64,000 bases of DNA from Planctomycetota bacterium. Its GTDB lineage: Bacteria; Planctomycetota; MHYJ01; WSZJ01. Below, one piece after another: positions 33,721-44,154 of this stretch. Below the pieces are notes generated by a model. The model did no database searches. It was not told the DNA's origin and saw nothing but the letters and a program-made list of their open reading frames with translations. The stretch is from NCBI GenBank assembly GCA_009773755.1, contig WSZJ01000007.1:3493-67492 (forward strand), in the 5' to 3' direction. The stretch's first letter is position 1. Every line of letters starts with the position of its first letter. A program made the translations under genes and the position numbers.

Positions 33721-35001
33721 TCAGCTCTTCTCCTGATCTTCATCCAGCGCCACCACCTTCACTTTCCTCCCCGCCAGGTAAGGTCCTTCTCCCGTCGGAA
33801 TCATCAGCAGCGAATTCGACTGCGACAGCGCCCTCAGGTCCGCGCTTCCGTGCGACTCGATCGGCGCCACCACATAGTGATCGCGCACCCACGTCAGGCG
33901 CGCCGGGCAGTACTGGTCGCGCGGCTGCGGCTTGCCGAAATTCACGGAAATCTCCGCTTCCACAACGGGCCGGTCGAGCAGCATGTTTCCCATGAGGCGG
34001 CCGAGCGCGGGGCGGAGGAAGATCTCGAAGGTGACGAAGGTGGAGACCGGGTTGCCGGGGAGGCCGAAGAGCAGCTTGTCGGGGGATTTCGCGAAGACCA
34101 TCGGGCGGCCGGGCTTGATGGCGACGCGCTCGAAGATGATCTCGATGCCTTTCGATTTCATCACGTCTTCGACGAGGTCGTACTCGCCGGCGCTCACGCC
34201 GCCGGTGAGGATCACGACGTTCGCGGCGGCCATCGCCTGCTCGATTTTCGCGGTGAGAGCTTCGCGCACGTCGGGGACGATCCCGAGGTAGGCGTAGGGA
34301 ACGCCGATCGACGCGATCTGCGCGGCGAGCGAATGCGCGTTCGAGTTGCGGATCTGGCCTTCGGCGGGTTTCTTGTCGACCTCGACCAGCTCGTCGCCGG
34401 TCGTCAGCACCGCGACGGTCGGCCTGCGGAAAACTTTCGGCGCGTGGTAGCCGACGCTGGCCATCAGGCCGATTTCCTGGGAGCGCACGACGCTCCCCTT
34501 CTTTACGAGAATCTCGCCCACCTTGATGTCCTGCGCGCGCTTCGATACGTGCGCCCCGGCGGCTACCGCTTCACGGATCTGCACCATGTCCCCGAACGCC
34601 TTCGTCCGCTCGACGGGCACGACGGCGTCGGCGCCCTCGGGAACCGGCGCCCCGGTCATGATCTTGATCGCTTCGCCCGGCTTGAGCGCGCGCTTGCTCA
34701 TTTTTCCCGCCGGGATGACGTCGACGACCCTGAGATCGACGGGCGACTGCACGTCAGCGGATCTGACCGCATATCCGTCCATCGCCGAGCGGTCCCAGGG
34801 TGGCATGTCCATGTCGGCGACGATGTCCTCCGCCAGCACGAGGCCGAGCGAGCGCGCCAGCGGCACCTTCTCGACCGCCGGCGCCGGCAGGTGCGACATG
34901 ATCACGTCGTACGCCTCGCGGACGGAGATCGCGCTGTCGCCGGGGAAGAGGCCTGTGCCTTTGGTAAAGGAACGGGTGTCGGTTTCTCGGTCGCGGAACA
35001 T
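33721..35001 (-). CDS. moeA: molybdopterin molybdenumtransferase MoeA
   Basis: Start at MFRDRE (35001). MoeA blocks are present: PPWDRSAMDGYAV, IMTGAPVPEGADAVV, TGDEL, NSNAHSLAA, ILTGGVSAGEYD, VAIKPGRP, LPGNPVS. Confidence 0.88.
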   Translation of the reverse strand: MFRDRETDTRSFTKGTGLFPGDSAISVREAYDVIMSHLPAPAVEKVPLARSLGLVLAEDIVADMDMPPWDRSAMDGYAVRSADVQSPVDLRVVDVIPAGKMSKRALKPGEAIKIMTGAPVPEGADAVVPVERTKAFGDMVQIREAVAAGAHVSKRAQDIKVGEILVKKGSVVRSQEIGLMASVGYHAPKVFRRPTVAVLTTGDELVEVDKKPAEGQIRNSNAHSLAAQIASIGVPYAYLGIVPDVREALTAKIEQAMAAANVVILTGGVSAGEYDLVEDVMKSKGIEIIFERVAIKPGRPMVFAKSPDKLLFGLPGNPVSTFVTFEIFLRPALGRLMGNMLLDRPVVEAEISVNFGKPQPRDQYCPARLTWVRDHYVVAPIESHGSADLRALSQSNSLLMIPTGEGPYLAGRKVKVVALDEDQEKS

Positions 35002-35116
35002 GGTGTTCGTGTCTCTCTGGAGTTTTCGCGGGGGAGGGATTGTAGCGGCCGGTTGGCAAGAGCGGGAGGATTGTGAATCGTTCGAGTTGCGGTTTCCTGG
35101 TCTGGCGGCAGGCAAC

Positions 35117-35959
35117 ATGCTCGGCCTCGAAGCCGAATTCGAGCTGGTGCCTCACGTCCCCCCCATCACTGACATCCCCGAGGCCGAACTCGGCCGCCCC
35201 TGGGACGACGACCTCGCGCAGGCCTTCGAACTCGCCGAATCCCTCGCCCGCCACCGCCGCGCCGACCCGCGCGACCTCGCCGACCGGTTCGTGCGGTGGT
35301 CGCGCAAGAACGGCCGCGGCATGGGCAGCCAGACACGAAAGGCGATCCGGCTTTTCGAGAAAGGGTTCGCGCCTCTCGACGCCGGCAGGATGGTCTGGGA
35401 ACAGTCCGTCGGACAAGCCGCAGGAAATGGCGGCATCATGCGCGTCGCGCCGGTCGGGCTCGCGTTTCATGACAATCCGGAAGCGCTCGCGAAGGCCGCG
35501 CGCGACGCCACGGCCATCACCCACTACGACCCGCGTTGCACACAGGGCGCGCTGGCGGTCGCCGCCGCCGTCGCTTCACTCCTGAACGGCGGCCCGGCGC
35601 TGGAAGCGGCGCTCGCCGCGGTCCGCGCGCTGCCGCAGCCGGAGCCCGAGGTCGTCCAGGCGATTGCCGCTTCCCCCCGCCGCGCCCTCGACGACATCCC
35701 GATCCGCGCGGGCAACGGCATCGGCTACACGGTCACCTGCACGTCGGCCGCATTCTGGGCCGTCGCCCAGAAGGCCCCGCTCGAGCAGACCCTGCTCGCC
35801 GTCGTCAACGCCGCGGGCGATGCCGACACCAACGGCGCGGTCGCCGGAGCGTTGCTCGGCGCTCGCGACGGCATGGAAGCGATTCCGGAGCGCTGGCTTG
35901 TGCGGATCAGGGACAGGGCGAAGCTGGCAGCGGTAGCGCTGGAGCTTTTGAAGAGGTAG
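35117..35959 (+). CDS. ADP-ribosylglycohydrolase-family protein
   Basis: Contains GNGGIMRVAPVGLAF, THYDPRC and GDADTNGAVAGALLGA (the ARH metal-binding block). The start is uncertain: ATG at 35117, or an upstream non-ATG start, because the usual N-terminal GDALG block is not obvious. Confidence 0.65.
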   Translation: MLGLEAEFELVPHVPPITDIPEAELGRPWDDDLAQAFELAESLARHRRADPRDLADRFVRWSRKNGRGMGSQTRKAIRLFEKGFAPLDAGRMVWEQSVGQAAGNGGIMRVAPVGLAFHDNPEALAKAARDATAITHYDPRCTQGALAVAAAVASLLNGGPALEAALAAVRALPQPEPEVVQAIAASPRRALDDIPIRAGNGIGYTVTCTSAAFWAVAQKAPLEQTLLAVVNAAGDADTNGAVAGALLGARDGMEAIPERWLVRIRDRAKLAAVALELLKR

Positions 35960-35968
35960 TCGCGAGCG

Positions 35969-36715
35969 TCAGACGGGGCGAGCGGTTCCTTCGGCGGCGA
36001 CGGAGATGTTCGCGGCGTCTTCGTCGAATCCGTCGGGCACGTGAACGAGCCTCATTCTCGACCGGAGGTCCTGCGGCAATGCCGCCAGATGCTTGTACGC
36101 CGTGTGAGCGGGACCGTGATTCGTCTCGTGGTCGATGAGATCGGCGGAGGAAAGCCACTCGATAAGCGAAGGATCCCAGGCAGTATCGCATGAGTATCCC
36201 CATGTCCGCCCGCCGGCCCGGACACAAAGCGCGCAGGTCGGGATGTGGTGAATCGTCCGCCGCAGGCTCGCTTCGAACGGCCCGATCGAATTCGGACGGT
36301 CCCATTCCAGGACGCGCAAGTCGAAGTAGTCCTCCAACCGCCGCGACTGGAACGCCGTCCCGTCCCACAGCCTGCCCATGGACGCGACGAGCCGCCGTTC
36401 CCAGATTTCCTCCGCGACTTCCGGCGTCGTCCACAGCCGCAGCCGCTTCTTGAGCACCAGCGCCTTCAGAAACCCCACGGCCTCCAGCCCGTTCACGTGG
36501 TCGCCGTGCAGGTGCGTGAGGATTAGGTCGTCGATCTCTTCGATGCGAAGCGCGAGCCCGGATTTCTCGGAGGCAGATTTCAGCACCGCCCGGTACCTGT
36601 CGGGGCAGTCGATGGCGAGCAGCGCGCCGTCGCACCGAAGCAGGAACGAGGTGTTGAAGCGGCGCTCAGTGAAGGCATCGCCGTTCCCGAGAGTGACGAC
36701 TTCAAATGGCGACAC
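35969..36715 (-). CDS. MBL-fold metallo-hydrolase
   Basis: Contains the LILTHLHGDHVNG (HxHxDH) motif and later His/Asp ligand context. Confidence 0.7.
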   Translation of the reverse strand: MSPFEVVTLGNGDAFTERRFNTSFLLRCDGALLAIDCPDRYRAVLKSASEKSGLALRIEEIDDLILTHLHGDHVNGLEAVGFLKALVLKKRLRLWTTPEVAEEIWERRLVASMGRLWDGTAFQSRRLEDYFDLRVLEWDRPNSIGPFEASLRRTIHHIPTCALCVRAGGRTWGYSCDTAWDPSLIEWLSSADLIDHETNHGPAHTAYKHLAALPQDLRSRMRLVHVPDGFDEDAANISVAAEGTARPV

Positions 36716-37196
36716 GCGCGGCCTCCATCTTCTCGCGGAGACGTCGCGCGACTCCGGGCGGGCAGAACAGGTCGAGCTGGCCGCCGCAGCGTGCGAGTTC
36801 GCGTAGGGCGCTCGAGCTCACGAACGACAGGTCGGGTCTCGCGGGAACGAAGACCGTAATCAACTCGGGGGCGAGAGCATGGTGCGCGGCTGCCATCGCA
36901 GCCTCGGCGTCGAAGTCGGTCAAGGACCGAACGCCGCGGACAATGAACTCCGCACCCGAGGCCTTCGCGGCTTCAATCACCATCCCGCGCGTGGAGCCGA
37001 TCTCGACGCCCGGCATCTTCGCGGTGGCTTCCCGGAGCATCTCGGCACGCTCCTCGAGCGAGAAGAGCGCCCGCTTGGAGTCGTTCACGGCGACGAGTAC
37101 GACCAGCCGGTCGAACAGCCTCGCCGCCCGTTGAATCACGGACAGGTGTCCCGCCGTCGGCGGATCGAAACTCCCCGGGTAGACGCCGGTTTTCAT
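36702..37196 (-). CDS. coaD: phosphopantetheine adenylyltransferase
   Basis: Start at MKTGVYPGSFDPPTAGHL (ATG is rc of 37194-37196). Canonical CoaD length of 164 aa, with RGVRSLTDFD and SSSALRE blocks. Confidence 0.9.
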   Translation of the reverse strand: MKTGVYPGSFDPPTAGHLSVIQRAARLFDRLVVLVAVNDSKRALFSLEERAEMLREATAKMPGVEIGSTRGMVIEAAKASGAEFIVRGVRSLTDFDAEAAMAAAHHALAPELITVFVPARPDLSFVSSSALRELARCGGQLDLFCPPGVARRLREKMEAARVAI

Positions 37197-37891
37197 TTGT
37201 TCCCCTCCACTCCCAGGACCCCTTCCGCCATCTCCAGCACCGCCCGCGCCGCGCCTCCCCGAGGCATCACTCCCGGAACGGCCGCATCGAGCGAGAACGC
37301 GCCAAGGATGGCCCCCATGATCGCCGCGGCCGCGGCCGCAGGGTCCTTGCAGGTGAAGTCCCCGTCCCGGACGCCGCGGCGGATAATGTCCTCCAGCTTC
37401 ACGGTCAATCCTCGAATCGCCGCGCCGTATCGGCGCCGCACTTCCGGCTCCCGCACCGACTCCGCGCCGATCGCGACCCAGCACTTCACGGCCACCCACC
37501 CGCCCGGCACCCAGCGGCTCATGAGCGCGCGCAGCACTTCGACCGGTGTCTCTTTGACCTTGATCCGGTATCCCGGCTCGTTGGTGATCCGCTTGCCGGG
37601 GAGGCCGAGGTGGGCGTCTATGAAGTGGCGCAATTCCCGCGGCGGGTTGTTCCTGCAGCTCGCAAGCCGGAGATCGAGGGAAAAGGCATGGGAGGAGACG
37701 ATCTCGTCGACCACGCAGAGCAGGATTTCGAGCTTGTTCTCGAAGTGGTAGTGGACCAGCCCCTGCGTCAGGTTCGCGAACAGGGCAACGTCGGCGATCG
37801 TGGCGCCCGCATACCCCTGGTGGGCGATGACGTTCATCATCGCCTTGACGATCTGGTTCCGGCGCTCTTCGGTGTTCGGGGGGCGGCCCAT
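37193..37891 (-). CDS. TetR-family transcriptional regulator
   Basis: Start at MGRPPNTEERRNQI. The HTH region is GYAGATIADVALFANLTQGLVHYHFENK. ATGA overlap with coaD. Confidence 0.7.
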   Translation of the reverse strand: MGRPPNTEERRNQIVKAMMNVIAHQGYAGATIADVALFANLTQGLVHYHFENKLEILLCVVDEIVSSHAFSLDLRLASCRNNPPRELRHFIDAHLGLPGKRITNEPGYRIKVKETPVEVLRALMSRWVPGGWVAVKCWVAIGAESVREPEVRRRYGAAIRGLTVKLEDIIRRGVRDGDFTCKDPAAAAAAIMGAILGAFSLDAAVPGVMPRGGAARAVLEMAEGVLGVEGNK

Positions 37892-38039
37892 TTTGTTTCC
37901 TGGTTGTACGACCAACTTATTGATACGTCGCAAACAGGCCGCTGTCAAACCCATCGCGCACTTTTATTGGTCATGCGACCAAACAATTGTGGCGACCGTC
38001 CGCTGGCGGCTGGCGGAGGACTGGGCTAGACTTCCGGCC

Positions 38040-39173
38040 ATGCGCCGCTATCAGCCCTTCCTCTTCGCCGCCCTCTGCGGCTGCGCTTCCGTCGCTGGAC
38101 ACCCGCGCGCCGACGCCCGATGGCTGATCGACGGCAAGAGCCTCAGCGTCCCATCCCCGGCGGGGCTTCCCGAAGGCCGCCCGTTCCGCGTCGCCGTCTT
38201 CGGCGACGCGCAGGGGAGCCGCGAAGCCCAGCGCGCCGTCGTCGAAGAAATCCGCAGACGGAAGCCGGACCTCGTCGTCTTCGTCGGCGACGCGTGCGAC
38301 TGCCTCCCCGCCGGGCACATGCCGGACTGGGGGACGCTCACGTACGCCGTCCCGTTCTGGCCCCAATACCAGCGCGGCAAACCGGCCTTCGGACTCCTCA
38401 GCCTCCTCCCCTTCCCCGCCCTCTGGCACGAAACCGTGCTTCGCCCCCTCGGTCCGCCCTCCGACCCGGAGGGGTTTAACCGCTTCCTCGAGGAATCCTG
38501 GCCTCTCCGCGGCGTCGACCGCGTCCCATTTCTGTTCGTCCCGGGGAATCACGACCTCTACCACGCGGCCGACCGCAAGGACGTCGCGGCGTTCTGCGGA
38601 TCGGAGGAGCCGCATCGGCTCTGGCGGTTCCTCGACGCCGGGAACATCCGGTTCGTCGTCCTCGACTCCGGCAACGACGTGCGAGGCGACTTCGAACCGC
38701 TCGAGCACGATGGCGAGCAAATGAAGTGGCTCGAGGCGACGCTCAAGGACGCGGACGCGCGCAAGCTCACGACGATCGTCTGCGCGCACTTTCCGCCGTA
38801 TTCCTCCGCTTCGCTCGAACCGCCGATGCCCGCAATGCGCCACGAAGTCGCGGAAAGGAATCTGCTGCCCCATCGCGTGCCTCTTCTGTTGTCGGGGCAC
38901 ACGCACGTCTACGAGCGGATCGACGTCGCCGCGAACGGTCGCACGATGACATGCGTCGTCACGGGCGGAGCGGGCGGAGCGTTCACAGCGTTCGAGCCCG
39001 ACCGCGCCGAGCCCGGATCGCGAAGGTTCATCGCGGGGCTTCACCACTTCGTCATGCTCGAAATCGGCAAGGCGGAGATCCGCGGGACGTTCGTGCCCGT
39101 CGACCCCGGCAGCGAGTTCCGGCCGAACTGGCATGAAGAGACGGATGAGTTTGTGGTGCCTATCGAGCGCTGA
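38040..39173 (+). CDS. calcineurin-like metallophosphoesterase lipoprotein
   Basis: Start at MRRYQPFLFAALCGCAS (lipobox-like). Motifs VFGDAQG, FVGDACD, VPGNHD and SGHTHVYER are present. Confidence 0.7.
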   Translation: MRRYQPFLFAALCGCASVAGHPRADARWLIDGKSLSVPSPAGLPEGRPFRVAVFGDAQGSREAQRAVVEEIRRRKPDLVVFVGDACDCLPAGHMPDWGTLTYAVPFWPQYQRGKPAFGLLSLLPFPALWHETVLRPLGPPSDPEGFNRFLEESWPLRGVDRVPFLFVPGNHDLYHAADRKDVAAFCGSEEPHRLWRFLDAGNIRFVVLDSGNDVRGDFEPLEHDGEQMKWLEATLKDADARKLTTIVCAHFPPYSSASLEPPMPAMRHEVAERNLLPHRVPLLLSGHTHVYERIDVAANGRTMTCVVTGGAGGAFTAFEPDRAEPGSRRFIAGLHHFVMLEIGKAEIRGTFVPVDPGSEFRPNWHEETDEFVVPIER

Positions 39174-39192
39174 AGACTGCAGCGGACGTCGA

Positions 39193-41439
39193 CTACTTCG
39201 ATTTTGATTCCAGGCGTTCGCACCACCAGGCCACGGCGCGCGATTTCGGCATGGCTCGAACTGTCCCGCCCTCCAGCACACAAGTCTCCAGCCCGGACCG
39301 CCACGCCAGCCAGCGCGGCGTCACCGGAATGCCTTTGCGGATCCTGCCCTCCACGAATGCGCGATCGCCGCCCTCCAGCTTGAGCCCCGCTTCTCCAAAC
39401 GCGACCGCCAGATCATCCGGGTTGCTCACTTCCCGTGAGAGCGTAAATGGTTTCATCCACAGTTCCGCCGTCCTCGGTTCGAAATGGACCGCGAGCGTTT
39501 CAAGCAGGAAGGGCGTCATGAGCAGGATCGACGGCGGGCGCTCCGGCTCCCCTTCCGGATCGGGCCACTGGGAGAACCGGCTGCTCTCACAGAAGGGAAT
39601 CAGATGCCGGAAAACGCGGGGATCCACAGGATCGGCCGACAGGCGCAGGAGCGCCAGGGTGGCCAGGAGCATGGCCGGATCCGAAGCGGGAAGGTCGAGT
39701 CGTCTCAGCTTTCGGCGAACGATCTCGGCCAGTGCTTCGACGCGCTTAGGACCGAAGGTGGAAGCCACTGCAATGAGACACGCGGGGTCGGCCAGAACGG
39801 GTGACCAGCCGATTGCGAGTTGTGCCTCTTTGGCGCCTAAAAGCGCGAGGTTCATGATGGGCTCGTAGCCGTGGACTCCGTTGACGGTGGCCGGCCAGGA
39901 GCGCGCTGCGTGGAGGTCGCCCGAGAATGCGATGGCGTCGCTCCAATCCCCGACGAATTCCGATCCAGCCTCTCGATGGAGTCTCGACTGAAGAGCCGCG
40001 AGGTCGGCGGGCGCACCGAGGAGGCCCAGGAGCGCGGCGGGCAGGACGCCGCCCGCGCACGAGGCAGACTCCCGGATACTCTCGCGATCGTCATCATCTC
40101 CCAGGGTCACGAGCGCCCGCGCCGCGGCGCGCCGAAGCGGAGGTTCCCATCGGCGGGCCACGCGTCTCAGGGCCGGCCTGGAGGCTCTGCCGCCGAAGCG
40201 AGTCAGGGCTTCGCACGCGGCCGAGACGATTTCCGGCTCGTTGGATTCGAGAAACGACTCGACCTCTTCGCGCTGCGCCGGACCACCGCACTTGCCGAGC
40301 GCCCGCACGGCCTCGACACGAACACGGATCCAGGGCGACTCGCTCGCCAGCTTCGCCAGGGCGGGAGCGGCTTTCGTGGCGCGAATTTCTCCGAGCACCC
40401 ACGCCGCGTTTTCCTGTGCCCTCGGCCGCGCGTCCGAGAGCATCTCGATGAGCCGGCTCGTGGATTCCTCAGGCGGCAGTCCGGCGGCAGGCTCGCGGGC
40501 AGCAAAGCAAATGACGCACTGGGTATCACGAAGCGCCTCAAGAATCAGGTTGCGATGGGAGGCGACGCGCGAACGCGCCAGCGGCGCAACAAGGCACTCG
40601 CGGGTGGTGAGGTCTGCGGACCGAAACTCGCGCCCGAAGAGGCTTGAGAGCTCAGGATCGGCGCTGCCCTCAAGCACATCCACTCTCCAGGAACTTCCGA
40701 ACCCGTCCTTCCTCAATTCGGTCACGCCTGGAACCTCAGGCACAGCCCCAAGCCGGAGCAGGAGAAGGGTGGATTCCAACTGGAACACCTCGTCGCCCGA
40801 GAACAGGATCCGCTGAAGAGGGGGAACAGCTCCGTCAGGCGGATTCCGCGCCAGGCCTCTCAGAGCTCTGAATGCGGCTTCGACGTAGCCATCGGGGCGC
40901 TTCTTCGTGAGGTGCCAGAATTCCCCGTCCAGGTATCCGGGAATCTCGTGGGGCGCCTTCGCAGTCTCGACATCCATTTCACAGTGCTGCTGGAACCAGG
41001 CATGCAACCGCACCAGAGCTTCCGGATCCACGGCCCCCGAATCTGCCAGGACCTGAGCAACGCTCATCGCCCCGCGGGGATCACCATCGATGTCCCGGAA
41101 TTGAATTGCAATCCCTCGCGCGGTCCCGTCGAAACTGTCCACAAAAGTTCTCGCTTCCGAAATCCTGTCAAGGGCCTGGCGAGCGCGCGCGGCGACTTCT
41201 GGAATCGGCGACTCGATTGCGGAACGAAGCAACTTCAGGTCTGCTTCCGTCCATCGGAGGGCCAGGTGGGCGATTCGCTTAACGGCGCCATCGGCCAGCC
41301 GCGTGTTTCCGGAAGAGAACCGCGCGACCATGGTGTCCATGCCAACCCATGGGGCAGGTGCCGCGGATTCCTCGGCGGAAATGACTCCCGCGACGAGGAC
41401 CGCAAACAGAGCGGCGCGCAAGGACCAGCGGCTTGGCAA
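39193..41439 (-). CDS. secreted HEAT-repeat protein
   Basis: Signal peptide MPSRWSLRAALFAVLVAGVISA. Repeated HEAT/PBS-lyase-like units are present (e.g. ENAAWVLGEIRATKAAPALAKLASESPWIRVRVEAVRALGKCG). Confidence 0.55.
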   Translation of the reverse strand: MPSRWSLRAALFAVLVAGVISAEESAAPAPWVGMDTMVARFSSGNTRLADGAVKRIAHLALRWTEADLKLLRSAIESPIPEVAARARQALDRISEARTFVDSFDGTARGIAIQFRDIDGDPRGAMSVAQVLADSGAVDPEALVRLHAWFQQHCEMDVETAKAPHEIPGYLDGEFWHLTKKRPDGYVEAAFRALRGLARNPPDGAVPPLQRILFSGDEVFQLESTLLLLRLGAVPEVPGVTELRKDGFGSSWRVDVLEGSADPELSSLFGREFRSADLTTRECLVAPLARSRVASHRNLILEALRDTQCVICFAAREPAAGLPPEESTSRLIEMLSDARPRAQENAAWVLGEIRATKAAPALAKLASESPWIRVRVEAVRALGKCGGPAQREEVESFLESNEPEIVSAACEALTRFGGRASRPALRRVARRWEPPLRRAAARALVTLGDDDDRESIRESASCAGGVLPAALLGLLGAPADLAALQSRLHREAGSEFVGDWSDAIAFSGDLHAARSWPATVNGVHGYEPIMNLALLGAKEAQLAIGWSPVLADPACLIAVASTFGPKRVEALAEIVRRKLRRLDLPASDPAMLLATLALLRLSADPVDPRVFRHLIPFCESSRFSQWPDPEGEPERPPSILLMTPFLLETLAVHFEPRTAELWMKPFTLSREVSNPDDLAVAFGEAGLKLEGGDRAFVEGRIRKGIPVTPRWLAWRSGLETCVLEGGTVRAMPKSRAVAWWCERLESKSK

Positions 41440-41676
41440 AGGTCAATCCTCCCGACACACTTCGTTCCAGAATTCTACCGACAAGGGCTTGCGGAATTCG
41501 TGAGGATTGATCCCAAACTTCCTGCGAAGTGAATCCCGGGAGCGACCCCGCTTCGCCCACCGGCCCACGGTGACGAAGCAGGACATGGCGCTCCCGGGCT
41601 CACGATTTCCAGTTCACCGGGAGCGACTGGTCCGGCCGCGGGGTTCGCGGCAGGAGTCGTCGCTCCCGGGTCACGG

Positions 41677-44154
41677 TTACACGGTTTTCTCCCAGAAAGC
41701 CCACCAGCGGCGGCCACGCTGGCCCGCCACGGCGGCGTCGGCTTCCTTGAGGGCGGACTCGAACAGTCTGGCGTGATGCTCGAACATCTCGTGCAGCCCT
41801 GCGGCAGTCGCGCCGTCGGTGCGGCAGGCCGCGACGAGCTCGAGGGCGGACTGCCTGAGGAAGCGCTGCAGGAGCGGAACGTCGGGGGCGAGCGGCGAGG
41901 CGGCGAGCGTCTGGACGAGCGCGACGCGCGCTTCCTCGAGGACATCGGTCTGCGGGATGCGGCCGGCCCTCGATTCGGTCCGTGCGGCGGCGAGCGCCTT
42001 GGCGAACGCCTCGAGCGCGTGCGTGAAGTCGTCGCGGTGCTTGTCGGACAGCGTCGGAGCCTCCTGGTTGCGGCCCGAATCGCGGAAGGACAGGCTGGCG
42101 CCGACCAGTCCGGACCGGGAAGCCGGCTTCTTCGGCGATGCCGACTTTCGATTCTTCGGAGAAGGGGCGGGCGCTTCTTCGCAGCAGGCTTCGAACTGCA
42201 GAGGCTCGGTCGTGATCGACGCGCACTCCGCATCCTGGACGGGGGCCGCACTGCAGAAGACCCTCATGCCCTTATCCATCTCCCACTTCGCCGGCATTTC
42301 CACCGGCTGGACGACATGCCTCGACGAGCCTGCGGCATTCACGATCTCCGCGTGATCGACCGCGACGAAGGCGGTGAAGCGGGTGAGTAAGGTGTGCTCG
42401 CACGCGATGCGGACGATCTGGGTCTTGAGATCAGCCTGGAGCTCGGGATGCAGCCGGAACTGGTCTTCGAGATCGGCAACTCGAGCGCGGGCCCAGAGGC
42501 TGGCGAGCGCGGGCTGGTCGATCTCGTGGATCGGGACGGTCTGGTCGAAGGCTCGGCCGTCGCTGAAGCGGCCGGAGACGCGGACGGTTGTTGCCGACGT
42601 GGGAAGGAAATGCGCGGCCGAGGCGCGCCCTGCGAAGAGGTCCGGAATGCGCGACGGCGCGAGGGACGCGGCGTCGAGCCCGTTGCCTGCGATGGAAAGG
42701 TCGGTCACGAGCGGCTGGCCGATCTCGCGGCCGACCGACCGGAGCGCGTCCTCGAGATCGCCGCCCGGAGTGACGAACGACGAGGTGCCCCCGCCGAGCG
42801 CGGCGAGCCGCTTCAGGAACCCGCTGTTCACGGCCGTGTCGATGCCGACGGTGAACGCGCGGGCGTCGCCGAGCTTTTTCTGCAGAATCCGCAGGATGCC
42901 GGACTCGTCCCCGACTTCTCCATCGGTGAGGATCACGACAACCGGTGAACGCCCGGACGTCTCGCGGCGCTTCAGCACCGCATCGAGCGCCTCGCCCAGA
43001 GCCGGCGCCAGTTCGGTGCCGCCGTCTGCAGAAACCGTCCGGAGGAAAGCGTCGCCGCGCGCGAGGCCGGCGTCGTCGGCCCATGTGAACTGGCGGTCCA
43101 TCCATGACGTCGAGTCGTCAAAGGCCGCGATGGCGAAGCGGTCCCGCGGCCCGAGGGTCTGGAGGAGCATCGAGCACGAACGCGCCGCGCTCGCCATCTT
43201 GATTCCTTCCATCGAACCCGAGTGGTCCAGCACGAACACGACGTCACGCGCCAGCCCGAGGAACCCGTCGCGCTTCGGCGGGACAACGGAGAGCATGGCG
43301 AAGCGGCGGCCCTTGTCGTCCTTCCAGCCGAGGCAAGTGGTGCGAAGGGACGCGGAGGCGATTCGCCAGCGGAGGACAAAGTCGCGGTCGAGGGGTTCCT
43401 GTTCCGAGGAAAGGCGGATGGCGACTTTTTCCATGCCGAGCGAAGTACGCACGGCGTGCTGCGTGCACGCGACGTCGCGGAGTTCCTCCCCGGCGGTCAG
43501 CAGCTCGACCTCGATGTGCAGCGAGACCTTCGGGTCGAACCCTTCGACAAGACGCGGCGGCGTGATGCGCGAAGCGTCGGGGACGGTGTCGGTGTCGGAC
43601 TCGACGCCGTCGCCCGTCGGTTCGCCATCCACCGGCGTGCCGGCGATGTAGCGCGGGGCGACGACGACCGGTAGGCGGAGTTCGGTCATGCCGTCGTCGA
43701 AGAACGGGAGGCGCTCCGCGGTCTCGATCACGACCGTGACGGTTTCGCCGGGCGGAATGTTGCCGCAGCTCACCGTGAATACGTCGTCGCGCTCCTGCTC
43801 CATCAGCGCCGCGCGCTTCCCTTCCTGCGTCGCCTTCGCGTACGTCGCGCGCGCCTCCTGCCGCTCCTTCACCGCTCCCTTGATCACGCGCTTGCCGACG
43901 CGCATCTCGAAATCGCTCACGGCGCTTCCGCCCGAAAGCGGGAAGATGTAGACGGCCTCGAGGGCGTCCGTGAACGGGTTCTGGAACGTCTGCGTGACGG
44001 TGACGCGGGCGACGCGATCGGACACGCGCGCCTTCATGCCGACTGCGGCGAGCGGCAGCATGACTTTCTCTTCACCCCGGACGCACTCCACGCGGCCCAC
44101 GCCGCGGAAATGTCCCGGCCTGTCGACCATCACAACGGACTCGGCGGGCTTCAT
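41677..44154 (-). CDS. VIT-domain + von Willebrand factor A domain protein
   Basis: Start at MKPAESVV (ATG is rc of 44152-44154). VIT-like N-terminus (VARVTVTQTFQNP..AVYIFPL..AVSDFEM). vWA MIDAS block VFVLDHSGSM..DGGTEL..ILTDGEVGDE. The 1016-aa track ORF is an upstream extension across the MerR-like gene. Confidence 0.8.
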   Translation of the reverse strand: MKPAESVVMVDRPGHFRGVGRVECVRGEEKVMLPLAAVGMKARVSDRVARVTVTQTFQNPFTDALEAVYIFPLSGGSAVSDFEMRVGKRVIKGAVKERQEARATYAKATQEGKRAALMEQERDDVFTVSCGNIPPGETVTVVIETAERLPFFDDGMTELRLPVVVAPRYIAGTPVDGEPTGDGVESDTDTVPDASRITPPRLVEGFDPKVSLHIEVELLTAGEELRDVACTQHAVRTSLGMEKVAIRLSSEQEPLDRDFVLRWRIASASLRTTCLGWKDDKGRRFAMLSVVPPKRDGFLGLARDVVFVLDHSGSMEGIKMASAARSCSMLLQTLGPRDRFAIAAFDDSTSWMDRQFTWADDAGLARGDAFLRTVSADGGTELAPALGEALDAVLKRRETSGRSPVVVILTDGEVGDESGILRILQKKLGDARAFTVGIDTAVNSGFLKRLAALGGGTSSFVTPGGDLEDALRSVGREIGQPLVTDLSIAGNGLDAASLAPSRIPDLFAGRASAAHFLPTSATTVRVSGRFSDGRAFDQTVPIHEIDQPALASLWARARVADLEDQFRLHPELQADLKTQIVRIACEHTLLTRFTAFVAVDHAEIVNAAGSSRHVVQPVEMPAKWEMDKGMRVFCSAAPVQDAECASITTEPLQFEACCEEAPAPSPKNRKSASPKKPASRSGLVGASLSFRDSGRNQEAPTLSDKHRDDFTHALEAFAKALAAARTESRAGRIPQTDVLEEARVALVQTLAASPLAPDVPLLQRFLRQSALELVAACRTDGATAAGLHEMFEHHARLFESALKEADAAVAGQRGRRWWAFWEKTV

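Noticed and set aside
35002-35116. Moco riboswitch upstream of moeA
   Set aside because: The leader is only ~115 nt and is shared with a divergent gene. I could not recognise the conserved Moco-motif helices or loops by eye.
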